The position numbers were made by a program, and so were the translations under genes. Shown in pieces: positions 30,500-40,404 of a stretch of DNA of 64,000 bases. Source of the DNA: an uncultured delta proteobacterium (GTDB lineage: Bacteria; Desulfobacterota; Desulfobaccia; Desulfobaccales; 0-14-0-80-60-11). How positions within the stretch are numbered: position 1 is the stretch's first letter; each line of letters starts with the position of its first letter. The stretch spans positions 2,062-66,061 of the forward strand of contig CAVPIX010000010.1 in NCBI GenBank assembly GCA_963705115.1, read 5' to 3'. A model generated the notes under the pieces. That model saw nothing but the letters and a program-made list of their open reading frames with translations, did no database searches and was not told the DNA's origin.

Positions 30500-30750
30500 T
30501 GGGGGGAGGGCCGGAGACGCAGGGGCGGGGTAACCCAGCCCCTATCTGGCTCCCACCAACCCCCTTAGCACGGTAGGACGGGCTTCCAGCCCGTCCAGGC
30601 GCGGGCAGGATGCCCGTCCTACCGGCCCAAGTTCGGAACCAAAGGCTTCCAGCCTGTGCAGGAACAGGCAGGGTGCCTGTTCTCCCGCTGAAAAAAGAAT
30701 GGGGACTTGGGTGGGCTAGGTAGGGGCGGGTTTCAAACCCGCCCCTACGT
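30500..30750. repeat. hairpin-module cluster between DUF39 and larE-like genes
   Basis: It contains GTAGGACGGGCTTCCAGCCCGTCC, GGGCAGGATGCCCGTCCTAC, CCTGTGCAGGAACAGGCAGGGTGCCTGTTC and GTAGGGGCGGGTTTCAAACCCGCCCCTAC. Confidence 0.8.
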
Positions 30751-30815
30751 TCACTGCCCCTGCCCCAAAATGACATTTCATTCAGATTATTGACTCTTCT
30801 GACCGCGGCTTGCTG

Positions 30816-31568
30816 ATGAAACAAATTATTCTCCACCTCCGCCGCTGGCGGCGGGTGGTGCTGCTTTTTTCCGGCGGCTTGGATTCCAGCCTGCTTTTGG
30901 CCCTGGGCCGGGAAGCTTTAGGGGAGGGGCTCACGGCTCTGACCCTCATGGGCCCCCACACCGCGCCCGGCGAAGCGGCGGCGGCCTGGCGCCTGGCGCA
31001 GGCATATAAAGTGCGCCATCTCCTGCGGGAGTTTGATCCCCTCGCTCTCCCCGATTTCCGGGAAAATACCCGCCAACGCTGCTATGCCTGCAAACAGGCC
31101 ATCATCGGCCAGGCGCAGGAGGCGGCCGCCATGCTCCAGGCCGACGCCATCTGGGACGGCACGAATGTGGACGATTTGGGGGACTACCGGCCGGGCCTCC
31201 AGGCAGCCCGGGAAGCCGGCGTGGCCAGCCCTTTGCTCGCCGCCGGCCTGGGGAAAAAAGATATCCGGGAGCTGAGCCGTATGCTAAGACTGCCGGACGA
31301 CAAGCCCCCCCAGAGCTGCCTGGCCACCCGCTTTCCCTATGACACCACCTTGTCCCGGGAAGCCCTGGCCCGGGTGGGGCGGGCCGAAGCCTGGCTCAAG
31401 GCCCAGGGCTTTTCCCATGTGCGCCTCCGGGTGAGGGGCCAGGAGGCCCGCCTGGAACTATGCCCCGAGGAATGGCCGGTTTTTTTTGCCAGGGGCCTGA
31501 GGGGTCCTTTCCTGGGTTTTCTTAATTCGCTGGGATTTCAAGGCCTGGAAATGGTCCTGCCCGGATAA
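30816..31568 (+). CDS. LarE-like PP-loop ATP pyrophosphatase / sulfur transferase (COG1606)
   Basis: It has the PP-loop LLFSGGLDSSLL, a CYACK motif, GTNVDDLGDYRPG and SCLATRFPY. Confidence 0.7.
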   Translation: MKQIILHLRRWRRVVLLFSGGLDSSLLLALGREALGEGLTALTLMGPHTAPGEAAAAWRLAQAYKVRHLLREFDPLALPDFRENTRQRCYACKQAIIGQAQEAAAMLQADAIWDGTNVDDLGDYRPGLQAAREAGVASPLLAAGLGKKDIRELSRMLRLPDDKPPQSCLATRFPYDTTLSREALARVGRAEAWLKAQGFSHVRLRVRGQEARLELCPEEWPVFFARGLRGPFLGFLNSLGFQGLEMVLPG

Positions 31569-31683
31569 TGCCGTTTTCAGGCGGGAAAGCCCCGCGCCTC
31601 CCGCCTTGGGTAATGCCCTCTGCGCACCTCCGATAACGCCACCCTGCTTGTAAAAATTTGCCAACCTGGATACAAATACCTCC

Positions 31684-32667
31684 ATGACTCGGAAAATACG
31701 CGGCCTGGGATTGTTCTCCGGGGGCCTGGACAGCATGCTGGCGGCGGCGGTGCTCCGGGACCAGGGGATAGAGGTGACGGGCGCGGTGTTTGTCACCCCC
31801 TTTTTCGGAGCCGACCGGGCCAGAGAATCCGCCGCGATTATTGATATTCCTCTCATCGAACAGGACATTACCGAAATCTATTATCCTCTCCTGGTGAATC
31901 CGCCCCATGGGTTCGGGAGCCGCCACAACCCCTGCATAGACTGCCACATGCTCATGCTCCGGCAGGCAGGCGCCCTCCTGGAGGGCCAGGGGTTCGACTT
32001 TCTCTTCACCGGCGAGGTCTTGGGGCAGCGGCCCATGAGCCAGAACCGGGGCGCCCTGAACTTGGTGGCCCGGGGGTCCGGGTACCAGGACCTGGTTTTA
32101 CGACCCCTGTCCGCCAAACTAATGACCCCCACCCGGCCGGAACTTCTGGGGTGGGTGGACCGCGAAAGATTACTGGACATCAGCGGCCGGAGCCGCAAGC
32201 CCCAGATAGAACTGGCCGCCCGCTTCGGCATCAGCAAGTATCCCACGCCGGCGGGCGGGTGCCTGCTCACGGACCCAGGTTACGCCTCCCGTCTCAAAGA
32301 ACTTTTGACTTGGCACAACAAGCCTCCCCGGCGGGACCTGGAAATGTTGAAGTGGGGCCGCCACTTCCGCCTGCCCGGCGGCGCCAAGGTGGTGGTGGGG
32401 CGCACCCACAGGGAAAATGAGGCCATGAGCCGTCTTCTGGCCAGGGGCGACCTGGTGCTCAGGGTCCAGGGCTATCCCGGCCCCCTGGTGGTGCTGCCGG
32501 GAGCAAAAGACCTGGCGGGCCTGGAAGAGGCTGCTAACATGGCCGCGTCTTACAGCGATGCCCCGGAGGGCGCGGAAGTGGGCGTTTTTGCCAAACAGGC
32601 CGGGAAAACCCAGGTGATCAAAGCCACGGCGGCCCCCAAGGATCGCTTCAAGGACTGGTTGATCTGA
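31684..32667 (+). CDS. second PP-loop protein, ThiI/MnmA-related putative tRNA or cofactor sulfurtransferase
   Basis: It has the PP-loop GLFSGGLDSMLA, NPCIDCH, TGEVLGQRPMSQ and PAGGCLLTDP. Confidence 0.6.
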   Translation: MTRKIRGLGLFSGGLDSMLAAAVLRDQGIEVTGAVFVTPFFGADRARESAAIIDIPLIEQDITEIYYPLLVNPPHGFGSRHNPCIDCHMLMLRQAGALLEGQGFDFLFTGEVLGQRPMSQNRGALNLVARGSGYQDLVLRPLSAKLMTPTRPELLGWVDRERLLDISGRSRKPQIELAARFGISKYPTPAGGCLLTDPGYASRLKELLTWHNKPPRRDLEMLKWGRHFRLPGGAKVVVGRTHRENEAMSRLLARGDLVLRVQGYPGPLVVLPGAKDLAGLEEAANMAASYSDAPEGAEVGVFAKQAGKTQVIKATAAPKDRFKDWLI

Positions 32668-32681
32668 GAATGCACTAACTC

Positions 32682-33578
32682 ATGGACCTGCCCACATTTT
32701 TACAACAAATGGTGAACGGCTTGTCCCTGGGCAGCCTCTATGCCCTCATCGCCATCGGCTATACCATGGTGTACGGCATTTTGCGCCTCATCAACTTCGC
32801 TCACGGCGACCTCATCATGGTATCGGCCTACGTTGCGGTCATGGGCGTGGGCTGGTTCCGCTGGCCCTGGCCCCTGGCCTTGGGGGTGGCCATGGCCGCC
32901 ACCGGCTTTCTTGGGGTGCTCCTGGAGTTGGGGGCCTATCGCCCCTTGCGGGGTGCGCCTCGCATATCTCTCTTGATTTCCGCCATCGCCGCCTCCTTTC
33001 TCCTGGAAAATCTGGCCCTGGTGCTCATGGGGGGCATTCCCCGGCCCTTCCCGGTCCCGGCCTGGATTACCGGGAGCCTGGTGCTGGGCGGGACCTACAT
33101 CCCCCTTCTCAGTCTGGTTATCCCTGCCGTCACCCTGGGGCTGCTGGCCATGCTGTTTGTTCTTATTTACCGCACCCAGGCGGGCCGGGCCATGCGGGCC
33201 ATCGCCTCCGACCTGGAAACCACGAGCCTCATGGGCGTAAACGTCAACCGCATCATCTCCCTGGCCTTCCTGGTGGGCTCCCTGTTGGCGGGCTGCGGGG
33301 GGCTGTTGTGGTCCATGAAATACCCCCAGGTCAACCCCTTCATGGGCATCGTGCCGGGGCTTAAGGCCTTTATCGCTGCAGTCCTGGGCGGCATCGGCAA
33401 TCTCACCGGCGCGGTGGTGGGGGGCCTTCTTCTGGGATTTCTGGAGGTGATGCTGGTGGCCCTGTTCCCGGCCTGGTCCGGCTACCGGGACGCCCTGGCC
33501 TTTGCCTTGTTAATCGTGCTTCTCCTGGTGAGGCCCACCGGTCTTCTGGGCGAGGCTCTGGGGGAGGAAAAGCTGTAA
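32682..33578 (+). CDS. livH: branched-chain amino acid ABC transporter permease
   Basis: Motifs seen are LVNGLSLGSLYALIAIGYTMVYG and INFAHGD, with multiple TM helices. Confidence 0.85.
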   Translation: MDLPTFLQQMVNGLSLGSLYALIAIGYTMVYGILRLINFAHGDLIMVSAYVAVMGVGWFRWPWPLALGVAMAATGFLGVLLELGAYRPLRGAPRISLLISAIAASFLLENLALVLMGGIPRPFPVPAWITGSLVLGGTYIPLLSLVIPAVTLGLLAMLFVLIYRTQAGRAMRAIASDLETTSLMGVNVNRIISLAFLVGSLLAGCGGLLWSMKYPQVNPFMGIVPGLKAFIAAVLGGIGNLTGAVVGGLLLGFLEVMLVALFPAWSGYRDALAFALLIVLLLVRPTGLLGEALGEEKL

Positions 33579-33601
33579 TTCCAGGGACAGAAGGAAAAAA
33601 A

Positions 33602-33898
33602 ATGGCAAAAGTGATTTTGATTAACCCCTTCGAGATACCGCCAGGCAAAGAGGACGAATGCCTGGCATTCTGGGAAAAAACGGCTGAGTATATGAAAAGA
33701 CAGCCGGGCTTCTTTTCAACTCGCCTGCACCGGGCCATCGTGCCCTGGTCCCGCTTTGCCCTGGTTAATGTGGCGGAGTGGGAATCAGTGGAGGACTTTG
33801 AAAAAGCCATTAACAATGACGAATTTAAGGACCTCATAGCGCCTTATATGGAGATCTGTCCGCATTTTCCCGGATTGTATGAAATCATCAGGACGTAA
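33602..33898 (+). CDS. ABM-domain (antibiotic biosynthesis monooxygenase-like) small protein
   Basis: The 98-aa product has a ferredoxin-like ABM pattern (VILINPFEIPPGKEDECLAFWEK...GF.STRLHRA...NVAEWES.EDF). It is inserted between livH and livM. Confidence 0.55.
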   Translation: MAKVILINPFEIPPGKEDECLAFWEKTAEYMKRQPGFFSTRLHRAIVPWSRFALVNVAEWESVEDFEKAINNDEFKDLIAPYMEICPHFPGLYEIIRT

Positions 33899-33927
33899 AA
33901 AACTCGGCGCCTGCGTTACACCCTGAA

Positions 33928-34971
33928 ATGAATAAACTCCTCCTCACCTTCGGAGCCCTGCTTCTCCTGGCCCTGGGCCTCTATGGCGCCGAGCGCCTCG
34001 CCGGGGACTATGCCGTGCGGCTCCTGACCCAGGCGGCCATCTTCGTCACCCTGGCGGTGAGCTACAACCTGGTGGCGGGGATCTCCGGGCAGCTGCATCT
34101 GGGCCCCAACGCCTTTATCACCCTGGGGGCCTATACTGCCGCGCTTTTGACCCTGACCCCGGCGGAAAAGGACCTGATCTTCCTGGTGGAACCCGCGGTT
34201 TGGCCCTTCCAGCAGCTAACCCTGCCTTTCTTCTGGGCGCTCCTGGCCGGGGGCCTGGTGGCCGCGGCCTTCGGCTTTCTCACCGGCTTTCCGGTCTTTC
34301 GGGTGCGGGGCGACTACCTGGCCATCGTCACCCTGGGATTTGGCGAGGTGGTGCGGGGGCTGGCCAACAACCTCCAGGGCCTCACCAACGGCTCCCTGGG
34401 CTTAAAGGGCCTCCAGCCCTACACCACCCTCTGGTGGTCCTGGGGCCTGGCGGTGGTGACGGTGGCCGTGGTCCAGTCCTTGAAAAACTCCGGGTACGGC
34501 CGGGCCCTGGCGGCCATCCGCCAGGATGAGACCGCGGCCCGGGCCATGGGCGTGAACACCTTTCACCACCTCCTGGCGGCCTATGTGCTGAGCGCCTTTT
34601 TTTTCGGTCTGGGCGGCGGGCTTCTGGCTCACCTCATCACCACCATTTCCCCCAGCCTGTTCACCTTTTTCCTCACCTTCAACCTGCTCATCATCATCGT
34701 GGTGGGGGGGCTGGGCTCCACCACCGGAGCGGTGCTGTCAGCCTGCCTCTTCACCCTGGCGGGGGAGTGGCTGAGATTCGTGGAGGAGCCCCAGGTGATC
34801 CTGGGCCTGCCCATCCCCGGCATCCCCGGCATGCGCCAGGTCATCTTTTCTTTGGCCATGCTTTTGGTTATTATTTTTTTTCGTCAGGGCCTTATGGGAC
34901 GCCGGGAATTTACCTGGGAGGGCGTAGGCCGGGCGTGGAGCCAATTCTTTTCTGCTTCCCGGAGCCACTGA
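33928..34971 (+). CDS. livM: branched-chain amino acid ABC transporter permease
   Basis: It has a TM-rich LivM pattern, with SYNLVAGISGQLHLG and GDYLAIVTLGFGEV. Confidence 0.85.
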   Translation: MNKLLLTFGALLLLALGLYGAERLAGDYAVRLLTQAAIFVTLAVSYNLVAGISGQLHLGPNAFITLGAYTAALLTLTPAEKDLIFLVEPAVWPFQQLTLPFFWALLAGGLVAAAFGFLTGFPVFRVRGDYLAIVTLGFGEVVRGLANNLQGLTNGSLGLKGLQPYTTLWWSWGLAVVTVAVVQSLKNSGYGRALAAIRQDETAARAMGVNTFHHLLAAYVLSAFFFGLGGGLLAHLITTISPSLFTFFLTFNLLIIIVVGGLGSTTGAVLSACLFTLAGEWLRFVEEPQVILGLPIPGIPGMRQVIFSLAMLLVIIFFRQGLMGRREFTWEGVGRAWSQFFSASRSH

Positions 34972-35211
34972 GGAATTCCAGTCCTTGTGCGCGGTATTTG
35001 GAGATTGGTGAAATAATTTTTGCCACTCCACCAATCCTTTTTTAAGCACGGTAGGACGGGCAAGAGACCCACGCTATCATTGGAGGAGTTAAACAAGGGG
35101 TGTGCGGGGAAACAACTTGGGGACGCCTGGATCAAAAGCCCTGAGGGCCACTGGCAACCCCAGAGAGACATTTCCACTATTCTCAATGAAGAAAACGGCC
35201 ACGCGTTTCTC

Positions 35212-35994
<783 letters not shown>

Positions 35995-36104
35995 GGCCGC
36001 TTCCTCGTCCTCGATTCAATGCCCATATCAACTCTGTTTACCGGGGGAACAGATATCTTGCCTGTTTCTGCACAGGCTGGGAGCCTGCTCCCGATTATAG
36101 CCGT

Positions 36105-36189
36105 TGCCAAAAGTTTTTTCTTCCCCCCCTCACCCTAACCCTCTCCCCCCGTTGGGGGGAGAGGGAATTTAAGGAAAGAACTTTTGGCA
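36105..36189. repeat. 85-bp palindromic element, copy B
   Basis: The sequence is the same as 21732-21815 with a few substitutions or indels. It lies in the livG-livF spacer. Confidence 0.85.
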
Positions 36190-36424
36190 GACCCTATAAG
36201 TATTGGCAGCAGGGACGTCTTAGCCGTGCCTGGACGGGTTGGAAGCCCGTCCGGCCCGGGCAGGGCAGGGACGATCCCCTTACTGCCTTAAAAAGGTCCC
36301 AAGGGGTGGCGCAGGCTTTCCAGCCTGTGCGGATTCTTGAGGTGGACGCAGAGGCCCGCCCCACCGTATTTTTCTTTGCTTTGGATGGTCCAAAGGACAT
36401 GAATAGCTCAATGATGTTGATCTT

Positions 36425-37165
36425 ATGTTGTTTATAGAATCCCTGGAAGTCAGCTATGGGGCCGTCCGGGTCCTGCGGGGGGTGTCCTTTGCCGTCAAGG
36501 AAGGCCAGATCGTAGCTCTGCTGGGGGCCAACGGCGCCGGCAAAACCACCACCCTCAGGGCCATCAGCGGCTTGGGCGCAGAGGTTTCCGGGCGGATTCT
36601 TTTTAACGGGGCTGACCTGGTGGGCCTGCCCCCCCACGTCATTACGCGGCGGGGGGTGGCCCAATGTCCCGAGGGCCGCCGGCTGTTCGCCAATCTCACC
36701 GTCAGGGAAAACCTGCTGCTGGGGGGCTATGGCCGCAACCAGGCCAACCGGGCCGCTGACCTGGACTGGGTCCTGGCCGCCTTCCCCCGTCTGGCGGAAC
36801 GGCTTAACCAGCGGGCCGGCACCTTGAGCGGCGGGGAGCAGCAGATGGCGGCCCTGGGCCGGGCCCTCATGAGCCGACCCCTGCTTTTGCTCCTGGATGA
36901 GCCGTCCCTGGGGCTGGCGCCCTTGTTAGTGCGGGAAGTTTTTCGGATAATCTCAGAGATCAACCGGCGGGGGACCACCGTCCTGCTGGTGGAGCAAAAC
37001 GCCCAGGCGGCCCTGGAAATTGCCCACTATGGCTATGTTCTGGAGAACGGCCGTCTGGTCCTCCAGGGTACCGGGGAGGAGCTTTTGGCCCACCCCCATT
37101 TGCAAGCCGCCTACCTGGGCGGGAACCTGGACGGCGAGGACGTGGGGGGAGGGCCCGGGATGTAG
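36425..37165 (+). CDS. livF: branched-chain amino acid ABC transporter ATP-binding protein
   Basis: It has Walker A GANGAGKTT, signature LSGGEQQMAALGRAL and LLLLDEPSLGLAP. Confidence 0.85.
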   Translation: MLFIESLEVSYGAVRVLRGVSFAVKEGQIVALLGANGAGKTTTLRAISGLGAEVSGRILFNGADLVGLPPHVITRRGVAQCPEGRRLFANLTVRENLLLGGYGRNQANRAADLDWVLAAFPRLAERLNQRAGTLSGGEQQMAALGRALMSRPLLLLLDEPSLGLAPLLVREVFRIISEINRRGTTVLLVEQNAQAALEIAHYGYVLENGRLVLQGTGEELLAHPHLQAAYLGGNLDGEDVGGGPGM

Positions 37166-37393
37166 GGGCGGGTTTTCAACCCCCCCTATCTGCCCTGCAT
37201 TGCGGTTGGTTGCTGGTTTAGAAGAGCTTAAGAAATCTAGCCGCAGGCTTCAGCCTGCGCCGGCACAGGTTAAAAACACGCGCCACCAGATGTATGGTAG
37301 GCTGGAAACGCCGCCCTCGGTGGTTCCGGCGTCGCCGGGAGCGGCAGCGCTGCATTTATTCATTCTGCACTGAGTAACAACAGGAGACACATC

Positions 37394-39118
37394 ATGTTGC
37401 AGGCCCTCACCCTGGCTGACGCCTATAAGGGGTACACCTATGATCTGGACAAGCTCCTCCCTCCGGCGGAGACCATCGCCCGGGTGAGAAAGCGCCTTTC
37501 CCAGGTAAACCTGGACATTCTCCAGGAAACCCTGCGCATTGACTCCGGACGCCTGGATATCCCCGTTTATATCAGCCTCCTGGGGCTGGACGCCCAGCGG
37601 GTGGTGCCCACCAAAAAGCAGATGGGCAAAGGGGCCACCCCGGTGCAGGCCGAAGCCAGCGCCCTCATGGAACTGGTGGAGCGCTTCAGCTTCTTCTCTT
37701 ATGTGGCCGAGGGGCCCCTGACCTTTGCCCGTCCCCAGGATGTGCCCGGCCTATCCCTGGATTTTTCGCTTTTGGCCCGGTCTTTGTTTGACAATTCCCC
37801 CGAGGCTGACAAGGCTGCGGCCCTCTATCCCAGCTGGCCCCTGTATTTTGTGCCGGCCACCAACCTGACCAGGGGGGAGGCCCGCCTGCTGCCCTTTCAC
37901 TGGTTTTATCTCATCGAGGAATATAACGGCCCGGCCGCGGGAAACTGCCTGGAGGAGGCCATCCTCCAGGGTTTGTGCGAAGTGGTGGAGCGCCACGTGG
38001 GTTCGGTGATCAGCCACGAGCGCCTCATCACCCCGTTGATTGATCCGGAGACGGTGACGGACCCGGCGGCCCGGGAGGTCCTGGAAAAATTCCGCCAAAA
38101 CGGCATCAAGGTCTTTCTCCGGGATTTTTCCTTGAATACCGGCATCCCCTCGGTGGGAGCCCTGGCTTACGACCCGGCCACCTTTCCCCAGGAGAGCGAG
38201 ATCGTGTTCACCTGCGGCACCACCCCCGACCCCAACAAATCCGTGAGCCGGGCCCTGACGGAGATCGCCCAACTGGCCGGGGACTTTCACCGCCGCACCA
38301 GCTACCGGCCCACCCTCCCCAAGTATGAAAGTCTGGCGGAGGCCGCCTATTTAATGGCCGAAGGGCCCACGGTGGACCTTGATTCCCTCCCCAGCCTGGG
38401 CCACGACAATCTGGCCGAGGAGGTGCGCCGCTGTCTCGCGGCCCTGGCGCGGCTCAATCTCGAGGTTCTGGTGGTGGACGTCACCCATCCGGAAGTGCAA
38501 ATTCCTGCGGTTTATGTGCTCATCCCCGGCACCCATTTTTTGGACCACACCCGGAACACCAACGTCATCTTTCACCTGGCCAAGACCGCCAGCCTCTACG
38601 CCCCGCCGGAAGCGGCCCTGGCGGCCCTGGCGCGCCTGGCGGAGGCGTTCCCGGACCGCTTTGACGTGCACTTTTTTCAGGGAGTCACCCTGGAGCACCT
38701 GGAGCGGCCGGCGGAGGCCCTCTTTCATTTCCAGCAGGCCCTGGACCTAAATCCCCCGGAGCATGAAGTGGCCAGCATTTACGTGCACCTGGGCTCCTGC
38801 CTCAAGGACCTGGGTGAGTATGCCCAGGCCCTGGACGCTCTCAGGCAGGCCCGGGACCTCAACCCCGACCTCAAGGAGGCCCATCACCTTTCGGGCTTCT
38901 GCTTCTTCAAACAGCAGAGGTACCAGGACGCGGTGCACTGCTTTGAGCGGGTCATCGAGCTGGACCCGGGCTCCGGCATCGACTATGCCAACCTGGGAAT
39001 CAACCTGTCCCGCCTGGGGCACAACAAGGAGGCCGCCTACGTCCTCCGCCAGGCCCTGGAACTGGATCCTTCCCTGGACTTCGCCCGCCAGGTTCTGGAG
39101 AAGCTGGAAGGGAATTAG
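37394..39118 (+). CDS. YcaO-domain protein fused to C-terminal TPR repeats
   Basis: YcaO ATP/Mg site motifs are present (GKGATPVQAEASALMELVERFS; AAGNCLEEAILQGLCEVVERH; GIPSVGA). The C-terminal ~170 aa consist of TPR units (A.ALF.FQQALDLNP, YA.ALDALRQARDLNPD, AV.CFERVIELDP, AAYVLRQALELDP). Confidence 0.8.
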   Translation: MLQALTLADAYKGYTYDLDKLLPPAETIARVRKRLSQVNLDILQETLRIDSGRLDIPVYISLLGLDAQRVVPTKKQMGKGATPVQAEASALMELVERFSFFSYVAEGPLTFARPQDVPGLSLDFSLLARSLFDNSPEADKAAALYPSWPLYFVPATNLTRGEARLLPFHWFYLIEEYNGPAAGNCLEEAILQGLCEVVERHVGSVISHERLITPLIDPETVTDPAAREVLEKFRQNGIKVFLRDFSLNTGIPSVGALAYDPATFPQESEIVFTCGTTPDPNKSVSRALTEIAQLAGDFHRRTSYRPTLPKYESLAEAAYLMAEGPTVDLDSLPSLGHDNLAEEVRRCLAALARLNLEVLVVDVTHPEVQIPAVYVLIPGTHFLDHTRNTNVIFHLAKTASLYAPPEAALAALARLAEAFPDRFDVHFFQGVTLEHLERPAEALFHFQQALDLNPPEHEVASIYVHLGSCLKDLGEYAQALDALRQARDLNPDLKEAHHLSGFCFFKQQRYQDAVHCFERVIELDPGSGIDYANLGINLSRLGHNKEAAYVLRQALELDPSLDFARQVLEKLEGN

Positions 39119-39127
39119 AACGACACC

Positions 39128-40155
39128 ATGTCCCGCCGTCAAGTTTTTACAGCCCTGGCCGTGGCGGCCCTGGTGGGGGTAATTCTCGGGGCGCGGTACT
39201 CTTTAGCCGCATCCCCCTGGAGCGCGTTTCGGGGAAATTACTGCAACCCCTCCTGAGACTCAGCCTGGCCATCGGGGTGGGGCTGCTCCTGGGGATTTTC
39301 ATTGAGAACGCCAACCTCACCGCCCGGCTGGGGCGGGTGTTTGCCCCTTTTCTGCGTTTTGGGCATCTGAAGGAACCTTCCGCGGCGGCCTTCACCGCGG
39401 CTTTTTTTTCGTCGGTGGCGGCCAGCACCCTGCTCATGAACGCCTACAAGGATGGCATCATCTCCCGTCGGGAACTGGTGATTTCCGCCCTGATCCTCAC
39501 CTTTCCGGCCTTTTTCGCCCATCTTCCCAGCATGTTCTTCATTATCACCCCCCTGGTGGGGGTGCTGGGGGTGTATTATCTGGCCATCCTCCTGGGAGGC
39601 GATATCCTGCGCACCGGGGCTTATTTGCTCTACAGCCGGCTTACCCTGCCGCCCTATGAGCCCGCGCTGGCGCCCCCGGCCTCCCGAGAGACTTCCTGGA
39701 AGGAAATCTGGCAGGCCACCACCGGGAAATTTCTCAGCCGGCTTTACACCATCCTGGTGATAACCATTCCGGTGTTTGTCGCAGTTTTCCTGGCCCAGGA
39801 AGGGGGCCTGTTCACCTGGGTGAACCGCCAGCTTACCGTGCTCCTCAAGGGCACCCAGGTGCCGGTGGAGGCCGTCAGCATCCTGGTTTTCTCCCTGGCC
39901 GCGGAGGCCACCGGCGGGTTCGCCGCGGCGGGGGCCCTGCTATCCAGCCAGGCCCTGAGTCCCGCGGCCGTTCTGTTCACCCTGATCCTGGGCACCATCA
40001 TCTCCAGCCCCATGCGGGCCATCCGCCACCAACTGCCCTTCTACCTGGGCGTCTATACGCCCGACCTGGGCCTGCGCCTGATGATCCTCTCCCAAGTCTT
40101 CCGCACCCTGAGCCTGCTGCCTTTTTTGGTGTTGATTTATTTATTCTGGTTCTAA
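39128..40155 (+). CDS. nucleoside-recognition (Gate) domain membrane protein (frame break near 39190)
   Basis: MSRRQVFTALAVAALVGVILGA is followed, in the adjacent frame, by VLFSRIPLERVSGKLLQPLLRLSLAIGVGLLLGIFIENANL... and many TM helices. The gene starts 9 nt after the YcaO stop. Confidence 0.5.
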
Positions 40156-40200
40156 AGGAGGTTGGGGCTGATAGCCATGACATCCTCTATAACCAAAAAA

Positions 40201-40387
40201 GTGGGGGGAGGGCCAGGGACCTGAGGTCCCTGCCCTCCCCCCACGCCCCCCTCCCAACCCGCATAAGATCCGGGAAAGGCGGGGCCATAGGCCCCGACTT
40301 TCCCGGTTCCTCAACCCAATCAAGGGATTGGGGGAGGGGGTGTGGGGGAGGGGGTAAGGGTCTTTGACCCTTAGCCCCCTCCCCCAC
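40201..40387 (+). repeat. ~185-bp G/C-rich composite palindromic element, copy 2
   Basis: Three hairpins are linked by mutually complementary G-rich/C-rich arms. The hairpins are GGGCCAGGGAC-CTGAG-GTCCCTGCCC, CCGGGAAAG..GGGGCC-ATAG-GCCCC..CTTTCCCGG and GGGTAAGGGTC-TTTG-ACCCTTAGCCC. The termini GTGGGGGGAGGG / CCCCTCCCCCAC are inverted repeats. Confidence 0.85.
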
Positions 40388-40404
40388 CATCTTTTCGCCC
40401 ACCT

